A stretch of 62,682 bases of DNA, taken from contig JAJYKS010000006.1 in the NCBI GenBank assembly GCA_021788365.1, positions 1 through 62,682 on the forward strand. Reading direction: 5' to 3'. Origin of the DNA: a bacterium (GTDB lineage: Bacteria; Patescibacteriota; Microgenomatia; UBA1400; UBA12108). The notes under the pieces are model-generated. The model did not search any database. It was not told where the DNA came from and was given only the letters and a program-made list of their open reading frames with translations. The position numbers were made by a program, and so were the translations under genes. Below are positions 48,372 through 56,946 of the stretch, piece after piece; within the stretch, counting starts at the first letter, position 1, and every line of letters begins with the position of its first letter.

Positions 48372-49119
48372 GAAAATATTTTTGTACGTGAGCCAAAAGG
48401 TCTTGCCGCGTCTCCCACTTTATTCGCTCATGGGTCACGGGGTGCACGAGCTCGAGTGATTGTGCCGACAGCATGACGCGTGTGGCCCATTTTCTATCTT
48501 CCCTGCTCCGCTTTCTCCCGGCGTACAGGTTATCGCCAACCAAGGGGTGTCCCACGTGCTGCGCATGTACTCGTATCTGGTGAGTCCGCCCCGTCTTTGG
48601 ACGAAACGTAACCAATGAAAATCCACCATACCCTCGGTCATCCACGTGAAGCTCTCGGGGAAACTGCCAGGTCTTCCAGAATTCCTGTACAGTGTACGCC
48701 GTCGTACTCTCCCGACCGTCTTCACGCACGCCGTAGCGCGTACGATTGTGATGCATACGTCCCAACGGGAGCGTTATCTCGCCTTCCGGCGCCTTCCACA
48801 CGCCGTGGGTGAGAGCCAGATAGGTCTTGGTGACTTCCCGCTCCTTAAACTGCCGCAGAAGCTCCACAAACGCTTGTGGCGTCTTGGAGAGTATCATCAC
48901 CCCGCTCGTTTCCTTATCCAGCCTATGCACTAGTCCACTCCGCTCCTGGAAATAGGTACCCTCCTCACTCATAAATCGTAAATCTTGAATCTTGTATCTT
49001 GTATCCATCCAATCCTGCACCGTCTCCGTCTTTACCGTCTCGGCACGGTTCACCACCACCCCGCTCGGCTTGTCTATAACAACAATATCGTCGTCTTCAA
49101 ATAAAATCGGAATCTCCAT
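48361..49119 (-). CDS. RluA/RluD-family pseudouridine synthase
   Basis: VIDKPSG, GLVHRLDKETSG, TGRTHQIRVH, GHPLVGD. Confidence 0.95.
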   Translation of the reverse strand: MEIPILFEDDDIVVIDKPSGVVVNRAETVKTETVQDWMDTRYKIQDLRFMSEEGTYFQERSGLVHRLDKETSGVMILSKTPQAFVELLRQFKEREVTKTYLALTHGVWKAPEGEITLPLGRMHHNRTRYGVREDGRESTTAYTVQEFWKTWQFPRELHVDDRGYGGFSLVTFRPKTGRTHQIRVHAQHVGHPLVGDNLYAGRKRSREDRKWATRVMLSAQSLELVHPVTHERIKWETRQDLLAHVQKYFPTE

Positions 49120-49137
49120 AGTATGTGGAATTGTACC

Positions 49138-49428
49138 TCATATATGGAAAACGAGGCTTGCCAAAGCATACCAGACAACTCCGCCGAAAATAAGGTAATC
49201 GGCGAAGTTATTATAAAAGAGTCCAAAGAAATTCCACGGATCAGCCACCGCTCCCCCTGTAATGCGGCTCCACAAATTTACGGCTCCACCAACAAAAATA
49301 AGCACAAGTGGTCCCCGGCGAGTTTTTTCTTTTACAAAAAGATACAGAACGACAAACTCTGCCAAAACAATTACCGCAAGTGGTACGGGAATACCACCAC
49401 TCACCCCAACATTGAGGATGCCGGTCAT
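49138..49428 (-). CDS. lspA: Minimal lipoprotein signal peptidase II-like protein
   Basis: LNVGVSGG, GGAVNL..R, V.D, N.AD; ATG 49428 overlaps the upstream stop. Confidence 0.6.
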   Translation of the reverse strand: MTGILNVGVSGGIPVPLAVIVLAEFVVLYLFVKEKTRRGPLVLIFVGGAVNLWSRITGGAVADPWNFFGLFYNNFADYLIFGGVVWYALASLVFHI

Positions 49429-49781
49429 TTTGCCTTTTTGGCACAGCTCATGCAAAGCTCCGCCGTGGGGTCCACTCCCAGACGGTCGGTATCGATCATA
49501 GCGCCGCACTTTGTGCACTTACCATAGGTACCATCATCAACTCGTTTCATGGCTGCCCGTATGCGCGTAAGTGCCGCTTCTGTTTCTTTCGACATTGCTT
49601 GGGATTGTTCGTGGCCAAACTGCTCCGTTGCCTCGACGTCATCGCTACGCTGCGAAGTAAAGCGAGACGCGTCACTATACGGATCCTCACCGTCCAAAGC
49701 GCGTTTGCGGTGCAAAAGATCATCCTCTGCTTTCTTGAGGTAGTCCCACACCGACTGTAATATATTCCTTGGATACTGCAT
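49425..49781 (-). CDS. TraR/DksA C4-type zinc-finger protein
   Basis: YGKCTKCG..I...RL...P.AELCMSC. Confidence 0.92.
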   Translation of the reverse strand: MQYPRNILQSVWDYLKKAEDDLLHRKRALDGEDPYSDASRFTSQRSDDVEATEQFGHEQSQAMSKETEAALTRIRAAMKRVDDGTYGKCTKCGAMIDTDRLGVDPTAELCMSCAKKAK

Positions 49782-49796
49782 GCTTCCTCCCTTTCT

Positions 49797-50597
49797 CTAT
49801 GTGTGTTTCCATTGTAACAAACCATTGGTAATGCGCCCACTCCCACCGCGCTGCAAAAGAATCCCCACAATGGCAATAATGATAAGACCAACACCAATAA
49901 TGCTCATCAAGGGAACAGGTCCCAGGCGCACGGTCTGAACTGTAATCCACCCCATAACGCCGTAAAAAAGCCCCGAAAAAGCCACAAATACGAGCGCCGC
50001 AAGTCCATCTTTAGCAACCGTCGACTCTCTCCGATACCACGCATAAAACCGAAAATTTTTACGCACGGCAAAGACGATCACGTAGGCAAGAATTGCCCAC
50101 ACGACGCTCCACACATCTGCCGGAAACCGCCGCACGGCGTCCACCTGAGTAACAATACCCCATCGCCAAGGAATACCAACACTCATGCCTGAAAGAAGTG
50201 CCCCGATAGCCCCAAAGACCAGCACCATTGTAAGTGCAACCGCCGCCCCGTCCCACGTCTTCCGTACTTCCCACCCCTGCTGATGGGAAAAGAAACCAAG
50301 AAACACGGTAGCGCCACCAATCCCTAGTGGATAAGACAGCCCGGGATACGACAGTACACCAATCGCCCGCCACCACACATGCATATCGGCCCAATTGAGA
50401 GCAATATACCCAATGCGGCCGACAACAAAAAATACTAGTAGGGAGAGGAAAAAGGCGTCAAACAACGAGATCTCCTCCCAATGCTCGTCACGACCCAACT
50501 TCCACCAAGTGTACAGTCCAAAAAGCAAACCAAAAAAGAGGCAAACTCCAAATGAATAAATTGTTAGCGGTCCCACATGTAACAAAACTGGTAACAT
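49797..50597 (-). CDS. lgt: Lgt-like membrane protein (signature motifs divergent)
   Basis: MLPVLLHVGPLTIYSFG N-terminus, GLS..G, GIPW..G; gene context with dksA-lspA-rluA. Confidence 0.65.
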   Translation of the reverse strand: MLPVLLHVGPLTIYSFGVCLFFGLLFGLYTWWKLGRDEHWEEISLFDAFFLSLLVFFVVGRIGYIALNWADMHVWWRAIGVLSYPGLSYPLGIGGATVFLGFFSHQQGWEVRKTWDGAAVALTMVLVFGAIGALLSGMSVGIPWRWGIVTQVDAVRRFPADVWSVVWAILAYVIVFAVRKNFRFYAWYRRESTVAKDGLAALVFVAFSGLFYGVMGWITVQTVRLGPVPLMSIIGVGLIIIAIVGILLQRGGSGRITNGLLQWKHT

Positions 50598-50648
50598 AGT
50601 CCCTCCACAGGCTTTACACTATACACTATTCACTTTACACTATTCCCT

Positions 50649-51113
50649 ATGCTTTCCATTTCCCACGCCGCAACCGGCGCTTTTATTGCAGTAAAGATTG
50701 GCAACCCACTCCTCGCGGTCCCGCTCATCCTCGCTTCGCACTACGTTGAAGATGCCGTTCCTCATTGGGACGCTGGTACTGGTTTATCCAAAGGCAAGAA
50801 GACACCAAAGGCAGCCTTCCGCGACGAAATTATAGACATTATCGTAGCCGGCATCATAGTTCTTATTCTGTTCCCCGTTCATATATCGTTAACTTCACCG
50901 CTTACCGCCCTACTCGCTGCCCCAGTCTGGGGAGCATTCTTTGGACTCCTCCCCGATTTTCTCGAAGCTCCCCGTAACTTCCTCAAATACGAGCCTCGCT
51001 GGCTCCGCCCTATAAACAAATTCCATGGCCGATTTCACCACTCGATCCCCAATGTTTGGGCCGGCCTCGCCCCCCAAGTACTCCTCCTCAGTCTCATCTG
51101 GGCGTTTCGGTAG
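50649..51113 (+). CDS. Putative membrane-bound metal-dependent hydrolase (YdjM-like)
   Basis: SHAATG, SHYVED..PHWD, LPDF, H..FHH. Confidence 0.6.
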   Translation: MLSISHAATGAFIAVKIGNPLLAVPLILASHYVEDAVPHWDAGTGLSKGKKTPKAAFRDEIIDIIVAGIIVLILFPVHISLTSPLTALLAAPVWGAFFGLLPDFLEAPRNFLKYEPRWLRPINKFHGRFHHSIPNVWAGLAPQVLLLSLIWAFR

Positions 51114-51226
51114 ACGAAGTCATATTTACAAAGCAAAATATTGCGCAGGATTGTTCCGAGCACAAGATCGCTGCGCGACCACGCGCAGACAGATCGGTTT
51201 TGCACTTGGAAATATGACGAGTCTAC
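51110..51226. repeat. Structured dispersed element, copy 2
   Basis: Same core as 45477-45579; outer stem GTAGAC/GTCTAC replaces ATCCG/CGGAT. Confidence 0.9.
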
Positions 51227-51264
51227 CTAGAGAGAAGCATAAAACTAACGTATAATACCCCTGC

Positions 51265-51349
51265 GCCTAGGTGGCGGAATTGGTATACGCGCAGGTCTCA
51301 AAAACCTGTGGTCTCAACAACCTTGAGGGTCCGAGTCCCTCCCTAGGCA
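51265..51349 (+). tRNA. tRNA-Leu(CAA)
   Basis: Acceptor GCCTAGG/CCTAGGC, D arm GCG..CGC, anticodon stem CAGGT/ACCTG with CAA at 51299-51301, long variable arm, T stem GAGGG/CCCTC; CCA not encoded. Confidence 0.93.
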
Positions 51350-51351
51350 CA

Positions 51352-52665
51352 CTATCCCCTCGCGCGGTCTACGCCATAAAATCGTACGCGATCCCCACGG
51401 AATCGAAGGTCTATGGTGCGCAGAGCGCCATTACGATGTTTGGCTATATTGAGCTTCACATTTTCAAGATCCTCAGCATCCTCGCGATACAAGAACATGA
51501 CAACGTCCGCATCCTGCTCGATGCTACCCGACTCACGGAGGTCCGCCAGTTGTGGCGTACTCCCACTCCCACGGTGTTCGATCGCACGCGACAATTGCGA
51601 CAAAGCCAGAACCGGTATCTTTAGTTCGCGAGCCAAATTCTTCAAACCCTGCGATATCTCTGCCACTTCCTGCACGCGGTTTTCCAAATTGCGACCACGC
51701 ATAAGCTGGAGATAGTCCACTACAATAAGCCCTATCTCATGTTCTGATTTGAGGCGGCGAGCTTTGGTACGCATCTCAAGAACTGAAAGTCCTGGTGTGT
51801 CATCGATGTAAAGCGGTGCCTCGGCGAGAACGCCCATAGCATCCGAGAGCTTGCCAAAGTCTTCACTCGACAATTTTCCGGTTTTGAGACGCCATGCATC
51901 AATGTCTGCCTGTGATACTAGGAGGCGATCCACGAGCTCTTCTTTGCTCATTTCTAGCGCAAAAAATCCAACCCCTACCTTTGACACAGCACTTGCGTAT
52001 TGGGCTATGTTCAGGGCAAACGCTGTTTTCCCCATACCAGGACGCGCGGCGAGGATTATCAAGTTCGAGTCTTGCATCCCCGCGAGACAGTTGTCCAGAT
52101 CAGTAAATCCGGTTGCAACACCCCGCAAAGATCCAGATTTCTTCGACAGCTCATCGAGTCGATCAAAACTCTCCGCAAGTATCGATCGTAAGGGCGTAAA
52201 TCCTTGCTTCATCTGCTGCTGCGAAAGCCCAAACACCTTCTGCTCCGCGCTATCCAAAATGGTGCCAATTTCCGCCCCCTCATCAAACGACAATTCGATC
52301 ATGGCCGAACTATCGGCAATGAGTTTACGCCTGGTGTAATAGTCTCGAATGATCTCACCGTAATGCTTTATGTTTGCGGAACTGGGGACGCCCTCAGCGA
52401 GCGACGAAATGTATGACACGCCGCCGACTTTCTCGAGCAACTTCATTGTTTTTAATTTCTGGGGGAGTGTAACCAAGTCGATCGGCTCGCGACTCTCAAA
52501 AAGCGAGATCATGGCTCGATAGATATCACCATGACGATCCTGGTAAAAAAACTCAGGTAAGAGAAATTCAGATACCTGAACTATTGCGTCCTTATCGATG
52601 AGAATAGATCCAAGTACCGATACTTCTGCCTCATCACTATGCGGGGGGACTTTGTTTCCTGCCAT
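51352..52665 (-). CDS. dnaB: Replicative DNA helicase DnaB
   Basis: PPHS.EAE.SVLG, AARPGMGKT, VDYLQL, SQLSR, DLRESGSIEQDAD. Confidence 0.99.
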   Translation of the reverse strand: MAGNKVPPHSDEAEVSVLGSILIDKDAIVQVSEFLLPEFFYQDRHGDIYRAMISLFESREPIDLVTLPQKLKTMKLLEKVGGVSYISSLAEGVPSSANIKHYGEIIRDYYTRRKLIADSSAMIELSFDEGAEIGTILDSAEQKVFGLSQQQMKQGFTPLRSILAESFDRLDELSKKSGSLRGVATGFTDLDNCLAGMQDSNLIILAARPGMGKTAFALNIAQYASAVSKVGVGFFALEMSKEELVDRLLVSQADIDAWRLKTGKLSSEDFGKLSDAMGVLAEAPLYIDDTPGLSVLEMRTKARRLKSEHEIGLIVVDYLQLMRGRNLENRVQEVAEISQGLKNLARELKIPVLALSQLSRAIEHRGSGSTPQLADLRESGSIEQDADVVMFLYREDAEDLENVKLNIAKHRNGALRTIDLRFRGDRVRFYGVDRARG

Positions 52666-52731
52666 GCTCACATTTTACCGGAAAAACAGCACACCCAAAA
52701 CCGTGTACTATCTACCCGTACTATATACAAA

Positions 52732-53388
52732 TTACTCAAAGAGAATCACTTCAGTACTATCCGCGGGCAGGGATTGGGCGGTAATGGAGAGAGTCTTCAC
52801 GGTTCTCGATCCATGGCCATACGCTGCAACAAAGGTTTCAACACCCCCCACCTCGCCAAATGTCTTCTCGTCGTGGCGATCCGTACGATAGTGCATAGGC
52901 AACACATAGGTTGGCTCAATTTGCGCGGCAACGTCACCGGCCTGTTTTGCATCGATTGTATAAAACCCTCCCACCGGCACCATGAGGACGTCAACAGTGT
53001 CAAGCTCGTCCACAAGTTTTTCAGATAAGGGGTGCCCCAAATCACCAAGGTGTAACACCCGTAGGCCTTCGGCTTGCACAACATAAATAGTATTTGCCCC
53101 CCGCTCCGCACCTTCCTTAGCATCGTGATACGTCGGATAGCCAAATACCGATATACCCTCCACTTCATACTCCCCCGGCTCTTGGATCACAAACGGCTGG
53201 GGACGACGCGCAGTGCCAGACACCGCAGCAGCGTTATTATGATCCGAATGCTGGTGGGACAAGGTAACAATATCGGCAGAAACAGTCGGCATCTTAAGAG
53301 ATCCTATATTGCCATACGGATCCATAACCACCACACCTGTTTTTGTCTTTACGCGAAAACACGAGTGTCCGAGATAGCTAATTTCCAT
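52732..53388 (-). CDS. Metallo-beta-lactamase-fold hydrolase
   Basis: YLGHSCF, SHQHSDH, HLGDLGH, PMHY. Confidence 0.93.
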   Translation of the reverse strand: MEISYLGHSCFRVKTKTGVVVMDPYGNIGSLKMPTVSADIVTLSHQHSDHNNAAAVSGTARRPQPFVIQEPGEYEVEGISVFGYPTYHDAKEGAERGANTIYVVQAEGLRVLHLGDLGHPLSEKLVDELDTVDVLMVPVGGFYTIDAKQAGDVAAQIEPTYVLPMHYRTDRHDEKTFGEVGGVETFVAAYGHGSRTVKTLSITAQSLPADSTEVILFE

Positions 53389-53593
53389 ATTCCCTATATT
53401 ACCACACCGAGTTCACCCGACAGCGAAGTCGTATTAAAAAATAAATAAGGCACACACGAGCAGAGCAATTTTCAGCGCGGAACGTCGAACTGGTCCCTCC
53501 AGTAAGCTGTGAGCACTGCAAAATTGTGTCGCGAGTATGTACAACAACAACAAAGTCTTTACGATTCCCCCCTCTTGCGCTACACTCGCTCTA

Positions 53594-54031
53594 ATGAAAG
53601 TCCGCAAAGAAGCCACTGTAGCAGTCATTATAGGTCTCGTATTGGGACTTATTGTCGTCGGCGGGGTTGTGCGAGCTCGCCAAGCATTACAACAAATGCA
53701 AAAAGAAAATAGTGAAGCCTCTTCAGTTGGCCAAAGTGGTCCTACCCCTTTGGGAGCACCATCCGGCCTCTTCCTCACGATAGAGACTCCCGACAACTCC
53801 GTGTCAAAAGACGCTGCGCTTACGGTAAGTGGAAAGACGCTCGCCGGTACATATGTTGCCATTACCGGTGAAAAGGGCGAATATCTTATAGTGCCAAACA
53901 GTCTTGGTTCATTTAGTCAGGACGTGACGCTCGCTGGAGGCGCCAACACCATTACGATAACCGTCTACCAGGCAGACGGCACTCACGTTGCCAAAACACT
54001 TAATGCGGTATACACAACCGCGGGGTTGTGA
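53594..54031 (+). CDS. Membrane-anchored Ig-like domain protein
   Basis: TM helix, then TVSGKT...FS.DVTL..GANTITIT; ATG 7 nt after TACACT. Confidence 0.75.
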   Translation: MKVRKEATVAVIIGLVLGLIVVGGVVRARQALQQMQKENSEASSVGQSGPTPLGAPSGLFLTIETPDNSVSKDAALTVSGKTLAGTYVAITGEKGEYLIVPNSLGSFSQDVTLAGGANTITITVYQADGTHVAKTLNAVYTTAGL

Positions 54032-54049
54032 TACAGTCTATCCCTGTCT

Positions 54050-54790
54050 ATGAAGAAAAAAGCACTATTTGCCGCCACTATTGCACTTACTGTTGTAATA
54101 CTGGCTCCGATTCCTGTCTCATTCGCAGCTTCCCCGACGCCTACACCCGATGCCACAGCAAGCAACAGCGCCACCATTAACGAAATTACCGATAACCTCA
54201 AACAACGTTTGCAAGAGACAATACAAAACGCCAGTAGCTCAGCAACGGCGACGGCTGTTGCCTACATTGGTTCGGTAAAGGATGTCGTAAACGACACAAT
54301 CGTCATGGACACCAAAGACGGCCGCAAGAACATCGCAGTTGGCAGCGATACCACAATCGTCCGTACCCCGGGACAACGCACAATAAAGATAGATAACGTC
54401 CAAATCGGCGACTCGGCGATCGCGATCGGCACACCAAGTGCAGAGGATGAGCTCGCCGGTACCCGAATTGTAGTGAGCACCGACCCCATCACCCCCCCTG
54501 CCAAAACCAGCGGCTATGGCACCATAACCAAAATAGCACGTGGCTCGTTGTCATTATTTGTTCCTGGCCAATCCGACCCTGTCGTAGTAGGAGTAGATGG
54601 GAACACGATTATAAAAACGCCATCAGATCTCCTTACTCTCAAAGACCTTGCGCTCGGCGATACCATCGTCTACACCGCCGATCTAGATAAAAATAACAAC
54701 CAGACAGCAACTATAATCATGCAAATCTCAACAGCTTCTCCCACTCCCTCCCCAGAGACCTCAGCCTCGCCTGCTGCCAAGAAAAAATAA
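54050..54790 (+). CDS. Secreted protein with repeated beta-rich (DUF5666-like) domains
   Basis: Signal peptide, PT linker, two G.V..V...T.I.......L.VGD.V-type units. Confidence 0.7.
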   Translation: MKKKALFAATIALTVVILAPIPVSFAASPTPTPDATASNSATINEITDNLKQRLQETIQNASSSATATAVAYIGSVKDVVNDTIVMDTKDGRKNIAVGSDTTIVRTPGQRTIKIDNVQIGDSAIAIGTPSAEDELAGTRIVVSTDPITPPAKTSGYGTITKIARGSLSLFVPGQSDPVVVGVDGNTIIKTPSDLLTLKDLALGDTIVYTADLDKNNNQTATIIMQISTASPTPSPETSASPAAKKK

Positions 54791-54793
54791 AAT

Positions 54794-54821
54794 TTGACAA
54801 GCCGTCACAATTTGCTATTAT
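54794..54821 (+). promoter_or_regulatory. Promoter of the hisS-operon leader
   Basis: TTGACA 54794-99, 16 bp, TGc-TATTAT 54816-21, 8 nt before ATG 54830. Confidence 0.7.
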
Positions 54822-54829
54822 CCACCTCA

Positions 54830-54919
54830 ATGAACACCTACACTCTAGCCACTGTAGCCCTGAGCTTGTCGAAGGGTCATAGCTCCCACACATTTGTGGC
54901 GGGAGCGCTTTTCGCGTAA
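54830..54919 (+). CDS. Candidate attenuator leader peptide (29 aa, His codons at 54878 and 54887)
   Basis: MNTYTLATVALSLSKGHSSHTFVAGALFA; its 3' part GTGGCGGG is complementary to the terminator 5' arm. Confidence 0.6.
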   Translation: MNTYTLATVALSLSKGHSSHTFVAGALFA

Positions 54920-54968
54920 AAAAGAAATAATTAGTTTCTTCCCATACCCCGCCACCAGGCGGGTTTTT
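54896..54968 (+). terminator. Attenuator-type antiterminator/terminator
   Basis: Terminator CCCGCC-acca-GGCGGG-TTTTT (54948-68); GTGGCGGG (54896-903) pairs perfectly with CCCGCCAC (54948-55). Confidence 0.8.
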
Positions 54969-54989
54969 CGTATTTATTAAAGGAAATAT

Positions 54990-55181
54990 ATGACATACGT
55001 TCCAGAGAAAAGACCAAATTGGGTCACTAATCCAAAAACTCCCCAGGAGTTAATTGATCAACAATACAATCAAAGCGTAGCACCAGATCAACGCTATTTT
55101 AAACCTCCCGAAACGGAGGAAGAGTCGGCAACGTATGTGGAACGCCTCGCTACCTGGCTCGCCAAATGGAGGGAGACATAA
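54990..55181 (+). CDS. Small hypothetical protein (63 aa)
   Basis: AAGGA SD; first ORF after the attenuator. Confidence 0.65.
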   Translation: MTYVPEKRPNWVTNPKTPQELIDQQYNQSVAPDQRYFKPPETEEESATYVERLATWLAKWRET

Positions 55182-55183
55182 AT

Positions 55184-56287
55184 ATGACCAATACCATCGA
55201 TCTCACTAAACAGCTCATCACCATCCCCTCTTGGGTTGGCCCAGGATGCGATGAAATCAAAGTCGGGCAGTTTATTCACGACTGGCTCAGACAAAATACC
55301 ACTCTCGCGGTCGTCAAACAGCTAGTTGTAAATGGCCGCTTTAACGTGATTGCCACTGGAGCAGGTTCTATTAAGACTCTCCTTGTAGGTCACATAGATA
55401 CTGTCGAAAATCGCGCTGGCTGGATCAGTAATCCATGGACGCCAGTCATCAAAAATGACCGGCTCTACGGCCTAGGCTCGACCGACATGAAGGGGTCATT
55501 AGCTGCCATGCTCACAGCTATCTCTGAAATTAAAAGTACTGATGGTCTCATGATTCTCTGCTACATCGACGAGGAGTACGACTTTGCCGGCATGCGCCAA
55601 TTTATCAAAGAGTATCGTGGCAAAATCGAACCCAAACAAATTATCTCCCTCGATGGTTCTGTGGACCAAATCGGGACCGGTTGCCGAGGCCTCATCGAGG
55701 TCAGCTTTCAGCTTCGCGGCCAGACTGGTCACGCAGGCCGCCCCGAAGCCGGGGTCAACGCCATCGTCAGCGGCCTCAACTGTGTAAATAAGCTCAAGCG
55801 ACAACTCGCGACTAAATATATGGATCCCAATCTCGGTATCACCACTCTCAATGTCGCCTACTGCCAGGGCGGGCTGGACAACGGTCAGGGAGGATACGGG
55901 AGACAGGGTAACAACATCGCTGACCTCGCCGAATTTGTGCTCGATATTCGGACGGCGTCTAACGTCCTCAACTCAGAGAAAATTCGTGAGCTACTTTTAT
56001 CATATGCTCGTGCAGCCAAGCTCAAGCTCGAGAACTGGTCCGTCCGCCACGACCTGGGGATGTGGTCAACTCCTGTAGAGTACCTGATTCCACTTTTTGG
56101 TAACGCTTACCGATACGAGTCCTCACTCGGTTATATCGATACTCAAATGTTGTGGGAGGCGTTTGGACAAATTCCTTGTGCCACCATCGGAGCAGGCAAC
56201 CTCGCCCTGGCCCACCAACCAAATGAATATGTAGAAACTGCTAATCTAGAAAAAACTAAGGAGCTTGTATGTCAAATCTTGAAATAG
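55184..56287 (+). CDS. M20 metallopeptidase, ArgE/DapE-like
   Basis: GHIDTV, YGLGSTDMKG, DEE, GHAG.PE.G.NAI, AHQPNEYV. Confidence 0.92.
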   Translation: MTNTIDLTKQLITIPSWVGPGCDEIKVGQFIHDWLRQNTTLAVVKQLVVNGRFNVIATGAGSIKTLLVGHIDTVENRAGWISNPWTPVIKNDRLYGLGSTDMKGSLAAMLTAISEIKSTDGLMILCYIDEEYDFAGMRQFIKEYRGKIEPKQIISLDGSVDQIGTGCRGLIEVSFQLRGQTGHAGRPEAGVNAIVSGLNCVNKLKRQLATKYMDPNLGITTLNVAYCQGGLDNGQGGYGRQGNNIADLAEFVLDIRTASNVLNSEKIRELLLSYARAAKLKLENWSVRHDLGMWSTPVEYLIPLFGNAYRYESSLGYIDTQMLWEAFGQIPCATIGAGNLALAHQPNEYVETANLEKTKELVCQILK

Positions 56288-56934
56288 AAGAACTTCGTGC
56301 TTCTACCGCCTCATTAGTCGCCCCCCTTTATGCAGCTTGTTTTGGTGAGGGAAGTACGCCAGCGGAAGGTTGGGGAGAACGCGCTGCCTGCTGGGAAACA
56401 GGATGTCTCGAGGATGGGAAACAAAAAATTATTCCGTACGTAGAAGTTGGCACGCCTTGCCCGCAATGTGCAACTCCCATGACCGAGGCCTACCCCCTTG
56501 AGTGGACATCCAGATATATCAAGAGCGAACTTTCATATCCGGGAACAATCGCACTCTTAGGATATATTGATCGTATAGTTGCTGCTGCCTGGGCGTATGA
56601 GGGTGAGATTGGCACAATCGCAACAAGAAAATATCCCAACAATCCATCTATGGCGGCCAAAGTGGTAGCCACCTACGGCAGAGTCTGGCCTAAGGAATCC
56701 AAAACGTTCTATATTTCCGAAGTATTTGTATCACCGGATAAGCGTGGCAATAATTATGCTCAAGAACTTATCAATAAAATGCTAAGCCAGGCGCGATACC
56801 CCGTGACTAGCCGCACACTCGACACGTCACCAATGACCACAGTCTTTACCAAAGCGGGATTAAAGAAAATCCTCAGTGCAGGCAGTGATCCCGAAAATAA
56901 TTTACGTGTTTTCTACGCTAGCCCAAGAAACTAA
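56269..56934 (+). CDS. GNAT-family N-acetyltransferase with a Cys-rich insert
   Basis: YISEVFVSPDKRGNNYA acetyl-CoA motif A; CWETGC...CPQC. Confidence 0.8.
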   Translation: MSNLEIEELRASTASLVAPLYAACFGEGSTPAEGWGERAACWETGCLEDGKQKIIPYVEVGTPCPQCATPMTEAYPLEWTSRYIKSELSYPGTIALLGYIDRIVAAAWAYEGEIGTIATRKYPNNPSMAAKVVATYGRVWPKESKTFYISEVFVSPDKRGNNYAQELINKMLSQARYPVTSRTLDTSPMTTVFTKAGLKKILSAGSDPENNLRVFYASPRN

Positions 56935-56946
56935 AAGGAGGATATA

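Noticed and set aside
51271-51624. 117-aa ORF from the track
   Set aside because: Overlaps tRNA-Leu and the antisense strand of dnaB; shadow ORF.
56365-56379. LysW-like EDWGE carrier motif (EGWGE) next to an ArgE-like gene
   Set aside because: The motif is internal to a GNAT rather than C-terminal, and no lysX/argX/lysZ/lysY genes are present.
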